This document shows positions 29,950 through 44,416 of a stretch of 64,000 bases of DNA, in pieces (position 1 is the first letter of the stretch; every line of letters starts with the position of its first letter). A program made the translations under genes and the position numbers. The notes under the pieces were generated by a model. The model saw only the letters and a program-made list of their open reading frames with translations, was not told the DNA's origin and did not search any database. Origin of the DNA: the human T2T-CHM13v2.0 reference genome, Homo sapiens; assembly GCF_009914755.1 (NCBI RefSeq), contig NC_060933.1; one strand, written 5' to 3'.

Positions 29950-30455
29950 TTTCTCCTATTATAACTTTGAATATTTTGTTATATTTTTCCAGTCTCTTTT
30001 TTTAATTATACTTGAAGTTCTAGGGTACATGTGCACAACGTGCAGATTTGTTACATATGTACACATGTGCCATGTTGGTGTGCTGCACCCATTAACTCGT
30101 CATTTAACATTAGGTATATCTCCTAATGCTATCCCTCCCCGCTCCCCCCACCCCACAATAGGCCCCGGTGTGTGATGTTCCCCTTCCTGTGTCCATGTGT
30201 TCTCATTGTTCAATTCCCACCTATGAGTGAAAACATGTGGTGTTTGGTTTTTTGTCCTTGCAATAGTTTGCTGAGAATGATGGTTTCCAGCTTCATCCAT
30301 GTCCCTACAAAGGACATGAACTCATCATTTTTTATGGCTGCATTGTATTCCATGGTGTATATGTGCCACATTTTCTTAATCCAGTCTATCGTTGTTGGAC
30401 ATTTGCGTTGGTTCCAAGTCTTTGCTATTGTGAATAGTGCCTCAATAAACATATG
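29950..30455 (-). mobile_element. 5'-truncated L1PA4-like element with a probable 44-bp 3' transduction
   Basis: TSD TCAATCACACATTTTT at 29934-29949 and 30456-30471; two T tracts. Confidence 0.88.
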
Positions 30456-31068
30456 TCAATCACACATTTTTAGAAGGGGGCAACTTCATGTATAATTTGG
30501 TTTTCTTATTGGGTACATCTGTCCCATTCTAAACTTTTCATACTTTCCAGCTATTTTTTAAAAAATAGATGAAACTAGGGAGAGGAAATCTTACACATAT
30601 GTGAATCACACCTGGCTTTGGCTCAGTTTAGAACCACTTTAGGCCTAGGAATGGGGCCTAAAGACAATATTTTCTTTCAGTGGTTAAGAAGGGTTGATAG
30701 AGAGAGGCCTTCTGCTGCCAGAACTCTCATTAGAAAGCAGCCTTGCCAAGTGCTGCGTCCTCCTCAGCCACCTCACTAACCCAAGCCCTTTAATAGCTGA
30801 GGCCTGGAGAGGAGACAGCACTGTCACTGCCTGCTGATGGCCTCTTTCCTGGGGTGGAAATGCTCCGCATATACGTAGCTGGGAGGGAAACAGAAAAGAG
30901 AGATGCTAGCCCCCTGCCTTAAATACTGTGAACTTCTTCGTTGAAGGAAAGGGAGGGTTGGGAATGGTTTATTATTTGGCCTCTCAAAGGTGTGGAATAC
31001 ATTATTAGCACGTGTTTTTTGGTGTCCTTGTAAATGGCACACAGAGAGATTGCTTGCCTTCAAAAACC

Positions 31069-31096
31069 AAAAAAAAAAAAAAAAAAAAAAAAAAAA
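31069..31096. repeat. Poly(A) run, about 28 nt
   Basis: Seen directly. Confidence 0.9.
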
Positions 31097-31654
31097 TGAC
31101 GGATACTTCATTTGTTTTAACAAATGAGAAATGTCCGTGACAGAAAGGAACCTGTTAAAAGCCAGGTTTTCTCATTAGCAGTGAAACATGGATAATTATT
31201 CACTGGGAACATACACAGTGGGGATTCATGTTAAATTCCTTATTTTGACTGTTGCTGCTGGCAATCCATAGAGAGCACTGTGTACACACAGAGACATGCA
31301 CATAAATATGTACATAAAATTACAGGGGCCTGTACTACATGTGCTGAGAATACCAATTCTGAACACAAAGTTTTTATAAAATAAGCTACGTATTTAGTTG
31401 AAAGCCTTGAAAAACAGATTAGTGACAGAAAAGGCAGATGGCTGACAATTTTGTTCATTTACTTTGGTTATAATTAATTTATTTTGATCTTTCCCTTTAC
31501 TGTTGAAAGTGGACTTTCCTAAAAGTGTTTTCAATTCAAGATGAACAGTCATGCTTATTAGAAGCACATTCCCTGAGGTCACTGTCCTGATGTGAAGGGA
31601 AATACAGTCACCTCTACAGCAGAGGGACATTGCCTCAGGAATGAGAGGCTATGT

Positions 31655-32135
31655 TAGGATTGTTGTAGTTAGGATATACATTCAGCAACTTTTAACAAAG
31701 ACTCCCAGCAACAGTAGCTTAAAGAAGGCAGAAGTATATTCCAATTTCAAGTAACGGTCCAGAGGAAGATGTTCCATGCCTGGTCTGACACCATATCCTC
31801 TAGAGACCAAGGCAAAATGTCTTTAATCTCCTCTTGCTCTGACATCTCTGGAGTGTTGCCCTTATCCACCTAGGCCAGGATGGCTTGCTGTACATACATG
31901 TTCTCAACAGCAGGATAGAGGAAGAGGCAAGAGGAACAAATCCTTTTAAAGACAGGTTTCAGGAGGTGTGCACAGCCCTCTCCCTCTCTACTAAATGTAA
32001 CCACATGCTCCACACTTTCTTGCAAGGAAAGTTGGAAAAATCTCTATTCCAAGAAACTATGTACCTCAAGTTCAGAGGTTCTTTTCCAATAAGAGGAGGA
32101 CAGATATGAAGGGACTAGCAGATTCTGCCACACAC
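31655..32135 (-). mobile_element. Old MLT1J/K-like LTR
   Basis: aacagtagcttaaa...cacatgctccacac...gcaaggaaagttggaaa motifs. Confidence 0.5.
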
Positions 32136-32574
32136 AGCAACCAACCTAAAGTTGTCAGAAGCAAAGGTATTGAGCACAAATGAAAGTAATCTCTGAATGC
32201 AACAGAGCTGCATGAATGAAAGTGAACCTACCAGCAGGAATTTTTAAGTTGGACAGATTATAAAATATTTGGGAAAATATGTTTAAATAGGCTGGTACAG
32301 CAATTGTTTTAAACTTGTTAAAACTTTCTAGAAAATAGAGCTGAATAGGCAAAGTATGTAAAAGCAATTGTTTAGACACAGAGTCATTCCTGATGATTTA
32401 AACAGTGCAAATGTGTTTTTCTTTTTATTATGGGTAATTTCACATATATACAAAATAAACCTGATGGTATATAAGAGAACCCCCATGCCCTAATCACCAC
32501 CTTCTGCCATTCTTATTTCATTTGTACTTTCACCTATGCCCCACTCCATCCTACTCAATGATTCTTTTAGGTAA

Positions 32575-32890
<316 letters not shown>

Positions 32891-32969
32891 TGAAATACAT
32901 ACATCTTAACCGCACAATTTTAACAGACACACACCCATGTATTCACCTTGTCTAACATATATTTGACTA

Positions 32970-35840
32970 CTTGATTTTTTTTCTAGTCTTTTTACTCTCT
33001 CTGCTTTACTTTGGCTAATTTCTATTATTATATCTTGGATTTCACAGATCTTTTTCTATAATGTTTCATCTGCTATTGATCCTATCCAGTGAATTTTTTA
33101 TTTCAGAAAATATATGTCATTTCTAGAAGTCCAATTGATTTTTTATTACTTCCACTTTCTTCCTCAGTATGCACACATTTTTCTTTAAATACTTAACATA
33201 TTTTAACACTCTGTTTTAAGATCCTTGTCTACCAATTCCATCATCCTTGTCGTTTCTGGATTTGTTTCCATCGACTGATTTTTGTCCTCATTATGTATTA
33301 CATTTTCCTCCTTGACTTGTCGAGTAATATTTGGCTATCTACTGGTCAGTGCAGATTTTACATCAAATGTCTAGGTTTTGTTGTCTTCCTTTAAAGATTG
33401 TTGGGGTTTTCTTCTATTAGTTAAGTTATTCAAAGTTAAATTTGATGTTTTTAAGCATAGTTAGAGCAAATCTAGAGTAGCCTTTACCCTAAGGCCTTTC
33501 TGGGGTCTCTATTAAATGCTCTGGATGATCAACAATTACATTCCACTCTTGCTGGTCAGAACTCAAAGGCCTTCCAGCCCTATTTGAAGTTTGGAAAATA
33601 TAAAGCTCACAGCTCCCTGGTTGCTCTTTGCTAAACCTTGCAGATTTTAACCTGATGCACGTACATCTTCAGTTGGGCAAAATCTCAAGAGGAATTTATG
33701 CAGATTTTGGGAGCTCTTTTTCTGTGTAGCACCCTCAACTCCAGAATTCTGCTCAATAGTGTCCAGTTGCCTCCGCCTCTTCAAACTCTCTTCTTTGTCT
33801 CATCAATTTGTCTAGACTATTGTGCTCTGTTTGGGATATCCCTCTGTTATGTGTTGAATTGTATCCCCACAAAAGATGTTGAAATCCTAATCTCCAGTAC
33901 CTGTGGATGTGCCCTTATGTGGAAATAGGGTATTTGTAGATGATCAAGTTAAGATAAGGTCATTCATATGGACCCTAATCCAACATGACTGGTGTCCTTA
34001 TGGAAAGGTGAAATTTAGATATACGCAGACATGCACACAAGGCAGAACTCCATGTGAACATAAAGACAGAGCAGAGTGATGCATCTGCAAGCCAAGGTAC
34101 ACCAAAGATTGCCAGCAAACCACCAGAAACTGGGAGAGAGGCATGAAACAGATTCTTCTCTCACAGTCCTCAAATGGAGCCAACCTTGCCAGCACTTTCA
34201 TCTCGGACTTCTAGCCTCCAGAACTATCAGACAATAAATTCATCTTATACAAGCCAAGGCCACCCAGTTTGTGGTACTTTATTATGGCAACCCTAGAAAA
34301 CTAATACACCCTTCCATGCTTTGCAGCTCACAATGTGCCTCCAGGGAAATTGCAGAGCTCACCTAGTCTGTTTCCTTTCTTCCAGGGATCACAGTCCTCT
34401 AGTTTCTGTTGTCTAATACCTGAAAACAGTTGTTTCATACATTTTTATCCCATTTTCTAGTATTTATGGCAAGAGAATAAATTCAATCCTGTTGTTACCT
34501 CATCATAGCTGGAAGCAGTAAATTTCATTTTTAAAGGAGGGTTTATCTAGATGAAAATTCCGGGTTCACCAGTTTATGTTTCCCCAGCATTTTAAAGTAA
34601 TAGTTCCATTATCTCCTGGTTTCCTTTGTTTCCTATAAGAGGTCAACCATCATTCACATCATTGTTTCCTTACATGTAGTCTAGCTTTTTTTCTGTCCTG
34701 GCTTTCAATATTTTTTCTTTCTCTGCTATCTACTAATTCCAGCAATTTGACTATGATGTGCATAGGTGGTTTGTAAACTTTTTAGAACTTTCAGATTTCC
34801 CAAAATTTGGGAAGTTTGAGGATTTTATTTCTTCCAATATGTTTTAGTTATTTTCTTCTTTCTTTCATGGCCTCCAATTAGACATATATTAGACCTCAAT
34901 TTTTTTTCAATTTTTTTCTGTTTTTCACAATGGATAATTTATGTGGAACTTCAAGTTTACTGACACTCCTGCCAGCTCTAATCTTCTGTTAAGACTGTCT
35001 AGTAAATTTTTCATTTCATTTTTCATATTGTTAAGCTCTAGAAGTTTTTATAGTTTCTACTTGTCTACTGATACATGCCATCTGTTCATTTATTATGAGT
35101 GTATTTTCATGTCCTTAAACATATTTATAATAGCTGCTTAAAGTCAGTGTCCACTCACTGCAGCATTTGTATCATCTCAGGATTGGTTTCTGTTGACAGC
35201 TCTTTTGCTGAAATATTGGTCTCATTTCCTGTCTAGTGGTTTTTGATTATTCTTGTCAACTGGTTTTGAACATTATAGATGTACGGATATAGAGGCTCTG
35301 AATTATGTTATGTTCCTCTGAAGAACATTTATTTTTGGTCTAACAGGCAATTAACTCAAACTCTAGCCTCTATCTTCCCTGCAGTGGGCAGCAACTGAAA
35401 TCTCTGCTGTGTTCTTTTAGCTTCTACCTGCTGCTCTTTTGCTGGGTCCTCTGGGGTCTGCCTGCTAAAAATCTAGTAAAATTTATGCAGAAATCTGAAA
35501 TTCATCGCCTTTGTTGCTCTTCTGTGACTTGCTTCTAAACTTACATGCTGTCTTAACAGCCCCCAGACTCTGACCTCTGAAATCACAAGCCAATAAAGTT
35601 ATAAGCTTTCCAGCTCCTTAAGCCATTTTCAGGCAAAAAAAAACACAAGCTGGTAGATTATACCTGTTGCAATTGCCAGGTTTCTAGGCTAGATACCTGT
35701 CCTATTTCTGCCACTGTTTTTGGTAATTCTTCAATGTTTTCAAGTAGTAATTGTTTTTCTCGGGGTTTGTTTTGTTTTTGTTTAGATTTTATGATTGCTA
35801 TCTGCAGGAAGGTAAGTCCAACTAAGTTATTCACCATTAA
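32970..35840 (-). mobile_element. Ancient L1ME/HAL1-like 5'/ORF1 fragments, two adjacent pieces, the first split by MLT1C
   Basis: Degenerate motifs ccagtgaattttttatttcag, cagggatcacagtcct and ggaagcag; low identity. Confidence 0.5.
33845..34308 (+). mobile_element. MLT1C-like MaLR solo LTR
   Basis: tgttatgtgttgaattgtatcccc...gaaaactaataca; AATAAA; near-TSD CCCTC/CCCTT. Confidence 0.85.
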
Positions 35841-36239
35841 TGGAAGCTAGACTCCTCAGTCAAGTTGTTTTAAGAGTTTTCTGGCCAAGATCTATTCATT
35901 CTGTTTTGCAAAATTTGAAGCATTGTTACTCAACCTCTTTTCTAATTCTTTATCTTCTTAATAACCCAGTTGTTAGTATACTTCTAAATATTCAAGATCC
36001 AGAAGTAAATGCTCTCCTAAATTATATAAAGAGATAGGTGTCCATGGCATTAAATGTAATATTTTGATTATACAAAATGCTTTAATTTCTGATTTCACTA
36101 CCTTTGGATTTTTTATCATTCCAACGTGAGTCAGAATGAAGTTCACCTTCTATATTACCAGAGGTGGGGAGCCTATTATTAGAAAAATATGTTTGGTCAG
36201 TTATTTTCATAAACAAATGAAACCATTAATCCATTCCAA

Positions 36240-37110
36240 CAATTCTTATTAGCCACTTATTTGCCATCTTGCCTCTTTAAAATTTTTTGCTTTCTAAGCT
36301 TCCATGTTATTACATAGTCTCAGTTTTCCTCTTCTCTCTCAAATCATTTCTTCTCAGGCTCCTTTGATATCTCTTCTTCCTTCTTCAATCACTGAATTCT
36401 AGAGTTCTTCCAGTGTTTCGTCCTGAGGACTGATCTCTTGTCATTGATTATTTTGTCCACACATACCTATAAGACAAGTTCCCAAAATCTGTGTCTCCAG
36501 CTCTTATTTCTAACTGGCTTCCATCTTTATCATCCTGATGGATTTTTTCATCTTGGGGTTCCATCACAACCTTTAAATGAAAGAAAATTAAAACTACATT
36601 TTTCCATCCACAGGGGTGGTGATAAGGAAGAGCTTCTCTTACTGACTTACCTATTTCTGTTCATGGTCTCACTCGTGTTCCAAACTCTTTAGCTCTTATT
36701 TGCATCCTCCCCTTTCTTCCTCACATTCCATCAGAGCTGCTTTTGCAAATATGTCTCTCTTTTTTGCCAATTTGAACTGATACAGACTCTCTAAAGCTAG
36801 TGCATCTTGCAAAGAACCACCTTAACGATCCTTCTAAAGCCAACCTAGATAATACCACTTCCCGTCTTCAGGCGTCTTCAGGCATCTTCAGGGATTCCCA
36901 AAAGACCAGATTCTGGCCTTCAAGGCCCTCTCCATTACAACTCCTACCCACAATGCTGGCTGTATCTATGTTTCCCAAGTTCCAACCAAGTCAGTAGTTT
37001 TTACTCCCAGCCACACTACAAGTTTTCTCATCTTTGCACCTTTGCTTACACTGCTTCTTCCAGAATACCCTCCCCTTCCTACTGTATATCCCTGCTCTCT
37101 GCCTGTATCA
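36240..37110 (+). mobile_element. L2 fragment
   Basis: Pyrimidine-rich L2 ORF2 3' motifs (cccaaaatctgtgtctccagc, gcacctttgcttacactg). Confidence 0.5.
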
Positions 37111-37134
37111 TTCCTAAATAACCTTCTTTTTTTT

Positions 37135-37293
37135 TAACAGATAGAATATAATAGGACTTGGTTAAACAAGTATTGGAGAACTGCAAAAGTTCTGTGATAC
37201 TTACAGAGCAATCATAGAGGTAGCAACTGCTGAAAGCAGCTACCATCACTAGGGCTGAGGGAACAAGGGAAGAGGTTGGGATTATTAGAAATT
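37135..37293 (-). mobile_element. Old ERVL-type LTR (LTR41/52-like) interrupted by L1PB, resuming at about 43803-43990
   Basis: gaggtagcaactgc...gcagctacca...ctagggctg; the sequence continues across the L1 TSD. Confidence 0.45.
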
Positions 37294-40200
37294 ACCTTTT
37301 TTATTATTAATTTCAGTAGGTTTGGGGGGAACAGGTATTGTTTGGCTATATGGATAAGTTCTTCAGTGGCCTGATTTCTGAGATTTTGGTGCACCCATCA
37401 CCCAAGCAGTGTGCACTGTACCCAATGTGTAGTCTTTTATCCATCACCCACCTCCCATGCTTCCTTCCGAGTACCCAGAGTCCATTGTATCATTCTTATG
37501 ACTTTGCATCCTCATAGCTCAGCTCCCACTTATGAGTGAGAACATAAAATGTTTGGTTTTTGCATTCCTGAGTTACTTCGCTTAGAATAGTGGTCTCCAA
37601 TTCCATTCAGGTTGCTGCAAATGCCATTATTTCATGCCTTTTTATGGATGAGTAGTATTCCATGGTATATGTATACACCACAGTTTCTTTATCCACTCAT
37701 TGATTGATGGGCATTTGGGCTGGTTCCGTATTTTGCAGTTGCAAATTCTGCTGCTATAAACATGCATGTGCAAGTGTCTCTTTTTATATATAAAGACTTG
37801 TTTTCGTCTGGGTGGATACCCAGTAGCAGGATTGCTGGATCAAATGGTAGATCTATTTTCAGTTCTTTAAAGAATCTCCATACTGTTTTCCATAGTTCCA
37901 CCAGCAGTGTAAAAGTGTTCCTTTCTACCACGTACATGCCAACATCTATTATTTTTTGATTTGCTGATTACAGCCATTCTTGCAGGAGTAAGGTGGTATC
38001 ACATTGTAGTTTTGATTTGTATTTCTCTGATAATTAGTGATGTTGAGCATTTTTTCAAAAGTTTGTTGGCCATTTGTGTATCTTCTTTTGAGAATTGTCT
38101 ATTCATGTCCTTAGCCCACTTATGGATAGGATTATTTGCATTCCTTATAGATTCTGGATATTAGTCCTTTGCCAGATGCATAGTTTGTGAAGATTTTCTC
38201 CCACTCTGCGAGCTTCTGTTTACTCTGCTGATTATTTCCTTTGCTGTTGAGAAGCTTTTTAGTTTAATTAGGTTCCATCTATTTATTTTTGTTTTTATTG
38301 CGTTTGCTTTGGGTTCTTGGTCATGAAGTCTTTGCTGAAGCCAGTGTCAAGAAGGGTTTTTCCAGTGTTACCTTCTAGAATTTTTTATGGTTTCAGGTCT
38401 TAGATTTAAGTCCTTGATCCATTTTGAGTTGACTTTTGTAGAAGGTGAGAGATGAGGATCCAGTTTCATTCTCCTACATGTGGCTTGCCAATTATCCCAG
38501 CACCTTTTATTGAATAGGGTGTCCTTTCCCCACTTTATGTTTTTGTTTGCTTTGTTGAAGATCAGTTGGCTGTAAGTATTTGGCTGTATTTCTGGGTCAT
38601 CTGTTCTGTTCCATTGGTCTTTTTATGCCTATTTTTATACCAGTACAATGCTGTTTTGGTGACTATGGCCTTATAGTTTGAAGTCACGTAATGTGATGCC
38701 TCCAGATTTGTTCTTTTTGCTTAGTCTTGCTTTGTCTATGTGGGCTCTTTTTTAGTTACATATGAATTTTAGAATTGTTTTTTCTAATTCTGTGAAGAAT
38801 GATGGTGGTATCTTGATGGGAATTGCATTGAGTTTTTAGATGACTTTTGGCAGTATGGTCATTTTCACAATATTGATTCTACCCATCCTTGAGCATGGAA
38901 TGTGTTTCCATTTGTGTCATCTATGATTTTTTCAGCAGTGTTTTGTAGTTTTCCTTGTAGAGGTCTTTCACCTCCTTGGTTAGGTATATTCGTAAGTATT
39001 TTAATTTTTTTTGCAACTATTGTGAAAGGAGTTGAGTTCTTGATTTGATTCTCAGCTTGGTTGCTGTAGTTGTATAGCAGGGCTACTGATTTGTATACAT
39101 TAATTTTGTATCCTGAAACTTTGCTGGATTCATTTATCAGTTCTAGGTGCTTTTTGGAAGAGTCTTTAGGGCTTTCTAGGTATATGATTATATCATTGGT
39201 GAACAGCAACAGTTTTACTTCCTCTTTACCGATTTGGATGCGCTTTCTTTCTTTTCTTTCTCTTGTCTGATTGCTCCGGCTAGGGCTTCCAGTACTATGT
39301 TGAAGAGAAGCGGTAAAAGTGGGCATTCTTGTCTTGTTCTGGTTCTCAGGGAGAACTTTTCCCCATTCAGTATAGTGTTGGCTGTGGATTTGTCATAGAT
39401 GGCTTTTATTACCTTAGAGTGTGTCTCTTCTATGCCAATTTTGCTGAGGGTTCTAATCCTAAAGCAATACTGGATTTTGTCAGGTGCTTTTTCTGCATCA
39501 ATTGAAATCATGGGATTTTTTTATTTATGTGATGTATCACATTTATTAACTTGTGGATATTAAACCATGCCTGCATCCCTGGTATGAAACTTAATTGATC
39601 AAGGTGGATTATCTTTTTAATATGCTGTTGGATTTGGTTAGCTAGTATTTTGTTGAGGATTTTTACATTGATGTTCACCAGCGATACTGGTCTGTTTGCT
39701 TTATGTCCTTTCCTGGTTTTGGTATTAGGATGATACTGGCTTCATAGACTGATTTAGGGAGGACTCCCTCTTCTCTTTTTTTTTGGAATAGTTTCAGTAG
39801 GATTGGTACTAACTGTTCTTTGAATGTCTGATACAATTCAGCTGTGAATCCATCTGGTCCTGGACTTTTTTTTGTTGGCAATTTTTTATTACCATTTCAG
39901 TCTCACTGCTTGTTATTGATCTGTTCAGAGTTTCTGTTTTTTCCTGGTTTAATCTAGGAGGGTTGTATATTTCCAGGAATTTATCCATCACCTCTAGGTT
40001 TTCTAGTTTGTGCATGTAAAGCTGTTCATAGTAGCCTTGAATGATCTTTTGTATTTCTGTGGTATCATTTGAAACATCTCCCATTTTGTTTCTAATTGAG
40101 CTTATTTGAATCTTCTCTCTTCTTGGTTAACCCACTAATGGTCTATCAGTTTTGTTTCATCTTTTTAAAGAAACAGCTTTTTGTTTCATTTATCTATTTT

Positions 40201-41264
40201 TTGTTTCAATTTCATTTAGTTCTGCTCTGATCTTTATTATTTCCTTTCTTCTGCTGGGTTTGGGTTTGGTTTGTTCTTGTTTCTCAAATTCCTTGAAGTG
40301 TAACCTTAGATTGTCTATTTGTGCTCTTTCAGACTTTTTAATGTAGACATTCAATGCTGTGAACTTTCCTCTTAGCACCACCTTTGCTGTATCACAGAGG
40401 TTTTGAAAGACTGTGTCACTATTATTATTCAGTTCAAAGAATTTTTTAATTTCTACCTTGATTTCATTGTCGACACAACAGTCATTCAGGAGCAGGTTAA
40501 TTACCATGTATTTGCATGGTTTTGAAGGTTCCTTTTGGAGTTGATGTCCAATTTTCTTCCACTGTGGTCTGAGAGAGTACTTGATATAATTTTGATTTTC
40601 TTAAATTTACTGAGACTTGTTTCATGGCCTGTAACATAGACTATCTTGGAGAATATTCCATGTGCTGATGAATAGAGTGTATATTCTGCAGTTGTTGGGT
40701 AGAATATTCTACAAATATCTGTTAAATCCATTTGTTCTAGGTTATAGTTTAAGTTTATTGTTTCTTTGTTGACTGTCTTGATGACCTGTCTAGTGCTTTC
40801 AGTGGATTATTGAAGTCTCCACAATTATTATGTTGCCATCTATCTCATTACTTAAGTCTGGTAATGATTGTTTTATAAGTTTGGGAGCTCCAGTATTATG
40901 TGCATAGTTAGGATTATGATATTTTCCTGTTGGACTAGTCCTTTTATCATTATATATGTCTCTCTTTGTCTTTTTTAACTGCTGTTGCTTTAAAGTCTGT
41001 TTTGTCTGGTATAAGAATAGCTACTCCTGCTTGTTTGGGGTGTTCATTTGCATGGAATACCTTTTTCTACCCCTTTACCTTAAGTTTATGTGAGTCCTTA
41101 TGTGTTAGGTGAGTCTCTTGAAGACAGCAGATACTTGGTTGGTGAACTCTTACTCATTCCGCCATTCTCCATCTTTTAAGTGGAGCATTTAAGCCATTTG
41201 TATTCAACATTAGTATTGAGAGGTGTGGTACTATTCTATTTATTGTGCTAGTTGTTGCCTGAAT

Positions 41265-41310
<46 letters not shown>

Positions 41311-43802
41311 TTGTTTTATAGGTTCTGTGAGATTTATGCTTTACAAAGTTCTATTTTGGTGTATTTTGAGGATTTGTTTCAAGATTTAGAGCCCCTTTTA
41401 GCAGTTCTTGCAGTGCCGACTTGGTAGTGGTGAATTCTCTCAGCATGTGTTTTTCTGAAAAAGACTATCTTTCCTTCATGTATGATGCTTAGTTTCACTG
41501 GATACAAAATTCTTGGCTGATAATAGTTTTGTTTAAGGAAGCTCAAGATAGGACCCCAATCACTTCTAGCTTGTAGGGTTTCTGCCAAGAAATCTGCTGT
41601 TAATCAGGTAGGTTTTCCTTTATGGGTTACCTGATACTTTTGGCTTGTAGCTCTTTAGATTCTTTCCTTTGTCTTGACTTCAGATAACCAGATGACTATG
41701 TGCCTAGATGATGATCTTTTTGCAATTAATTTCCTGGGTGTTCTTTGAGCTTGTATTTGGATGTCTAGATGTCTAGCAAGGTCAGGGAAGTTTTCCTCGA
41801 TTATTCCCTCAAATATGTTTACCAAACATTTAGATTTATCTTCTTCCTTGGGAACATCAATTATTCTTAGGTTTGATCTTTTAACATAATGCCAAACTTC
41901 TTGAAGGCTTTGTTCATTTGTTTTAATCTTTTTTTTCTTTGTCAGATTGGGTTAATTCAAAAGACTTGTCTTCAAGCTCTGAAGTTCTTTCATCTACTTG
42001 TTTTATTCTGTTGAGACTTTCCTGTGTATTTTGCATTTCTCTGTGTCCTTCATTTCCAGAAGTTATGATTGTTTTTTATTTATGCTGTCTATTTCTCTGG
42101 AGACTTTTCCATCCATATCCTGTATCATTTTTTTGATTTCTCTAAGCTGGTATTCACCTTTCTCTGGTGCCTCCTTGAGTAACTTAATAATTAACATTGT
42201 GAATTCTTTCTCTGGCAACTCAGAGATTTCTTCTGGGTTTGGAGCCGTTCCTGGTGAGCCAGTGTGATCTTTTGGGAGTGTTTTGTCATAATACCAGGAT
42301 TGTTTTTCTGGTTCCTTTTCATTTGGGTAGACTATGTCAGAGGGAAGATCTGGGGCTCAAGGGCTGCTGTTGAGATTCTTTTGTCCCACAGGGTGCTCCC
42401 TTGATGTGGTGCTCTCCCACTTCCCCTAGGGATGGGGCTTTCTGGGAGCTGAACTGCAGTGATAGTTATTTCTCTTCTGGGTTTAGCCATCCAGTGGAGC
42501 TACTGGGCTTCTGGCTGGTACTGAGGAGAGGCTGTGAAGAGTCTTGTGATGTGATTTGTCTTCAGGTCTCGCAGCCATGAATACCAGTACCTGCTCTGGT
42601 GGCAGTAGAAGGGGAGTGAAGTGGACTCTGTGAGGGTCCTTGGTTGTAGTTTTGTTTAGTGTGCTGGTTTTGTGTTTGTTGACCTCCAGCCAGGAGGTGG
42701 CACTTTCAAGGATCATCAGGTGTGGTAGTATAGGGAGTATACAAGCTTGCCCTAGGGTCACCTGGATAAGTATTGGGGTTTCTCAGGCAGTGGGCAGGGC
42801 CACAGATCTCCCAAGAGATTATGTCCTTTGTCTTCAGCTACCAGGGCCGGTAGAGAAAGACCATCAGGTGGGTGCAGGGTTAGGCGTGTCTGAGCTCAGA
42901 CTCTCCTTGGGTGGGGCTTGCTGGGACTGCTATAGGGGATTGGGTGTAGTTCTCAGGCCAACACAGTTATATTCCCAGGGGGATTATGGCTGCCTCTGCT
43001 ATGTCATACAAGTTGCCATGGAAGTGGGGAAAGCTGGCAGTGACAGGCTTCACCCAGCTCCCATGCAGCCCGAAAGGCCAGTCTCACTCCCACCATGCCC
43101 CACCAATAGCACCAAGTTTATTTGCAGGCAGCCAGTGAGCAGGGCTGAGAACTTGGCCCAGGCTACAAGCCTCCCAGCTGAGAAAGCAAGCAGCGCTTTC
43201 AGGTTTCACACCTCCCCACCTGTCGTGGCTTCTGTGCTCCTATCTGCACTCCCTGTTAACCCCCCTCCCCAGGATTCTGTCCAGGAAACTTCATATCCAG
43301 TCAAAATTGTTACAAAGTTCATTTGGAAATTTCCTACTCCTTGTGGTCTTTCCCCAATTCCACTGGCAGCTCTCTCCAAGGACCCCTGTAAGACAAAGTC
43401 AGAAATGGCTTCCCCAGGAACTGAGAGCCAACAGGGCTCTTCCCACTACTACATCTACCCCTACATTTTTCTCAGCTCTCTAAATTAATCTCAGCTCCTG
43501 GTAAGGTCAAATCCTTCTCCTGTGATCTAGACCTTCAGGTTCCCCAGTGAGGATGTGCATTTGGGAGCAGATTCTCACCCTCTCACACTTTGGGCACTCC
43601 CAGTTTTTTGGCTGTTCTCATGGCACCTGCAGTGGCAAGCTGCTTCCTTGAAAGGGTCTGCGGATTCTCTGGCCTTTCCTGGTATGTTCCTGTGGTAGTT
43701 CTTGGAGCAGAAAATCACAATGTGAGTCTTCACATGCTGCTCTGTACATCTGAGTGGAAGCTGCAAGTTAGTTTTGTCTCCTATCTGCCATTTTTCCCCT
43801 CA
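37294..43802 (-). mobile_element. Full-length L1PB (L1PB1/2 3' end, L1PBa-type 5'UTR), decayed
   Basis: TSD GGATTATTAGAA[A/T]TT at 37279-37293 and 43803-43817; many ORF2 and ORF1 fragments in the track. Confidence 0.9.
41267..41309. repeat. (GT)21 microsatellite in the L1PB inter-ORF spacer
   Basis: Seen directly. Confidence 0.95.
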
Positions 43803-44416
43803 GGATTATTAGAATTTCAAAGCTTGGAGGAGAGGCCACAAGGAGCTGAGACTCAGAGCTCTGCAGGGAGTGGGAGGTGCCAGTTGCTGCTGGGATCTCT
43901 GAGAGGGCACAATAAGGCAGCCTCTGAAGTGTGGGAAAAGCAAATTGCAAACTAGGACCAACTACTGACAATGGAACCAGCTGCACTGCCAGGTTGAAAA
44001 GCCTAAATAACCTTCATATATAACATTTCTTCCATGACCCCATCATTGGCTTAGTTCCGTTTCACTATATGTCAACCCAAGCAATATAGATTTAAATAGG
44101 TCCACTTTGCCCTGGCACTTGGCTTTGTGGGAGAGAGAAGAGGAGGGGTGAGAATGAATTTGAGATGATGTTAAGACATTTGGGAACCTAAAAGCACCTT
44201 AAAGGTTATTTCATTCGAACATAAATGAACCTTTAAAATCATCAAATATTCTCACTTGCAAATTAGAAAACTGAGACCAGAGAACCCTACTGAAACCTAG
44301 AGTTCTCCTTCAGAGTCATGAATCTGTGTAACTAACCTTCACAGTAACAACACCAGGATTTTTTTAAAATTTTTCCACAAAACTGATCTTAGCCTTGATA
44401 AGTTTCAGAGGCTTTA

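Noticed and set aside
31069-31096. Poly(A) run as the tail of a processed pseudogene
   Set aside because: No TSD pair, upstream AATAAA or recognisable mRNA body was found.
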